In this document: piece after piece, positions 4,995-6,373 of the stretch | How positions within the stretch are numbered: the first letter of the stretch is position 1 | Layout: each line of letters opens with the position of its first letter | IMG/VR virus record: IMGVR_UViG_3300020040_000010 | Coordinates: 1-6,373 of that record | From: a virus | DNA: 6,373 nt | Strand: one strand, 5' to 3' | Notes under the pieces: model-generated | Databases searched by the model: none | The model's input: the letters and a program-made list of their open reading frames with translations, nothing else | Told to the model about the DNA's origin: nothing | Translations under genes and position numbers: made by a program

Positions 4995-6373
4995 ATGAGT
5001 AATTTTAATCCTTTGGATAGAGCGAAAATTCCTACCCATCGCTCTTCCTTCGACTTGTCTAGTAAAAAATTGTTTACAGCTAAAGTTGGAGAAATTTTAC
5101 CTTGCTATTGGCAGATTGGTATTCCCGGTAACAAGTATCGTATTTCCTCTGACTGGTTTACCCGTACTGTTCCGGTACATACCGCTGCTTACACCCGTAT
5201 TAAGGAGTATTACGATTTCTACGCTGTGCCGTTACGTCTGATTTCTCGTGCGCTTCCGCAAGCGTTTACTCAGATGACGGACTACATGACTAGCGCTGCT
5301 AGTTCTACTTCGAACGCTACTGCGCTTTCTTCTGTTCCTAATGTTACTCAGAGCTTGTTTAATACTTTTTTTCAGGCGGCTAATTCTCAAGATCAGACTA
5401 ATGTTCGTGATGACGCAGGTCTCCCTATTGTTTATGGTTCTTGTAAGTTGCTTGATCTGCTTGGTTATGGTTCTATGATTGCATCTTCCAATACTGGTAA
5501 GGCTGCTATTACTAAGAAGTATTTAGGTGTTGATAACCTTAGTGATACTGATAATCCTCTGGTTTACCAAACTTCACAAACTGTCAATATTTTGCCTCTG
5601 CTTGCATATCAGAAAATCTATTATGATTTTTATAGTAATTCTCAATGGGAAAAGCATAAAGCCTTCGCTTATAATGTAGACTATTGGCCTGGTACTGGTA
5701 TTGTTCCATTGGTTGCGGATATGGTTCGGCTGCGTTACGCTAATTACCCTAAGGATTATTTTATGGGAATGCTTCCCTCTTCTCAATATGGTTCGGTAGC
5801 TGTTTTGCCTGCGATTGATAGTTCTCTTCTTTCTTCTCAAGTTGGTTTATTCCCCTCACTTAGTTCTACCGTTGTTGGTTCGTCTGTTCAGAATCCTGTT
5901 GGTGGTAGTTCTATTATTTCTTCATCTTCTAATTCTTCCTCTGACCCTCGTTTTGTTCGTCTTAATTCCGACCTCTCTGCCCTCTCGCTTCGTGCTACTG
6001 AATACCTTCAGCGTTGGAAAGAAGTAGTTCAGTTCTCTAGTAAAGATTATTCAGACCAGATGGCTGCGCAGTTTGGTATTAAAGCTCCCGAATATATGGG
6101 AAACCATGCTCATTATATTGGAGGCTGGTCTAGTGTTATTAATATTAATGAAGTCGTTAATACTAATCTTGATACTGATTCTTCTCAGGCTTCTATTGCT
6201 GGTAAGGGTATAAGTTCTAATTCTGGACATACTGTTACTTATGATTGTGGTGCTGAACATCAAGTAATTATGTGTGTTTATCATGCTGTGCCTATGCTGG
6301 ATTGGAATTTAACAGGTCAGGCTCCTCAATTGACCGTGACTGCTATCTCTGACTTCCCCCAACCTGCTTTTGA
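4995..6373 (+). CDS. VP1: Major capsid protein VP1 (F-like), N-terminal 459 codons. It runs off the window end and wraps to 1..497. The full gene is 4995..6252 plus 1..497, giving 584 aa.
   Basis: I translated it by hand and found no in-frame stop: MSNFNPLDRAKIPTHRSSFDLSSKKLFTAKVGEILPCYWQIGIPGNKYRISSDWFTRTVPVHTAAYTRIKEYYDFYAVPLRLI... Later stretches read LLAYQKIYYDFYSN, RYANYPKDYFMGMLPSSQYG and LSLRATEYLQRWKEVVQFS. These match conserved Microviridae VP1 blocks. The ORF is missing from the supplied track because it has no stop in the window. Confidence 0.93.
   Translation, partial: MSNFNPLDRAKIPTHRSSFDLSSKKLFTAKVGEILPCYWQIGIPGNKYRISSDWFTRTVPVHTAAYTRIKEYYDFYAVPLRLISRALPQAFTQMTDYMTSAASSTSNATALSSVPNVTQSLFNTFFQAANSQDQTNVRDDAGLPIVYGSCKLLDLLGYGSMIASSNTGKAAITKKYLGVDNLSDTDNPLVYQTSQTVNILPLLAYQKIYYDFYSNSQWEKHKAFAYNVDYWPGTGIVPLVADMVRLRYANYPKDYFMGMLPSSQYGSVAVLPAIDSSLLSSQVGLFPSLSSTVVGSSVQNPVGGSSIISSSSNSSSDPRFVRLNSDLSALSLRATEYLQRWKEVVQFSSKDYSDQMAAQFGIKAPEYMGNHAHYIGGWSSVININEVVNTNLDTDSSQASIAGKGISSNSGHTVTYDCGAEHQVIMCVYHAVPMLDWNLTGQAPQLTVTAISDFPQPAF
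6253..6373. repeat. Terminal redundancy, right copy (identical to 1..121).
   Basis: Same comparison as for 1..121. Confidence 0.97.

Noticed and set aside
6135-6152. GTTATTAATATTAATGAA within VP1. It contains the palindrome ATTAATATTAAT and an 8-mer, ATATTAAT, shared with the phiX174 origin core.
   Set aside because: My rough estimate is that an AT-only 8-mer is expected about once by chance in a genome of this composition. The site lies inside conserved coding sequence, and the flanks show no similarity to the origin.

Overview
The window is one complete circular ssDNA phage genome of the family Microviridae. It is Alpavirinae-like, the Bacteroidetes-associated type. The contig was linearised inside the major capsid gene and carries a 121-nt terminal redundancy: 1-121 is identical to 6253-6373, so the unit length is 6252 nt. 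All genes are on the + strand, are T-rich at codon position 3 and are tightly packed, with ATGA-type stop/start overlaps. The gene order is VP1 major capsid (4995..6252 joined to 1..497, 584 aa, absent from the supplied ORF track because it has no in-window stop), a 147-aa VP3-like ORF, the VP2 pilot protein, a 507-nt non-coding region, a 64-aa orphan ORF, a 27-aa single-TM peptide, a 102-aa M15-family zinc peptidase, and the VP4 rolling-circle replication initiator (606 aa). I found no tRNA, CRISPR array, integrase or reverse transcriptase. Two parts deserve a second look. (1) The large intergenic region 2066-2572 has a GC-rich core (about 55% GC against about 22% GC flanks) with no ATG. It is packed with hairpins and short direct repeats, and is flanked by Bacteroidetes-type promoter motifs. 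(2) A compact holin-like peptide plus M15 peptidase lysis cassette, which is atypical for a family classically described as lysing through a single-gene amurin. Functional calls rest on motif recognition by eye, and no database search was possible.
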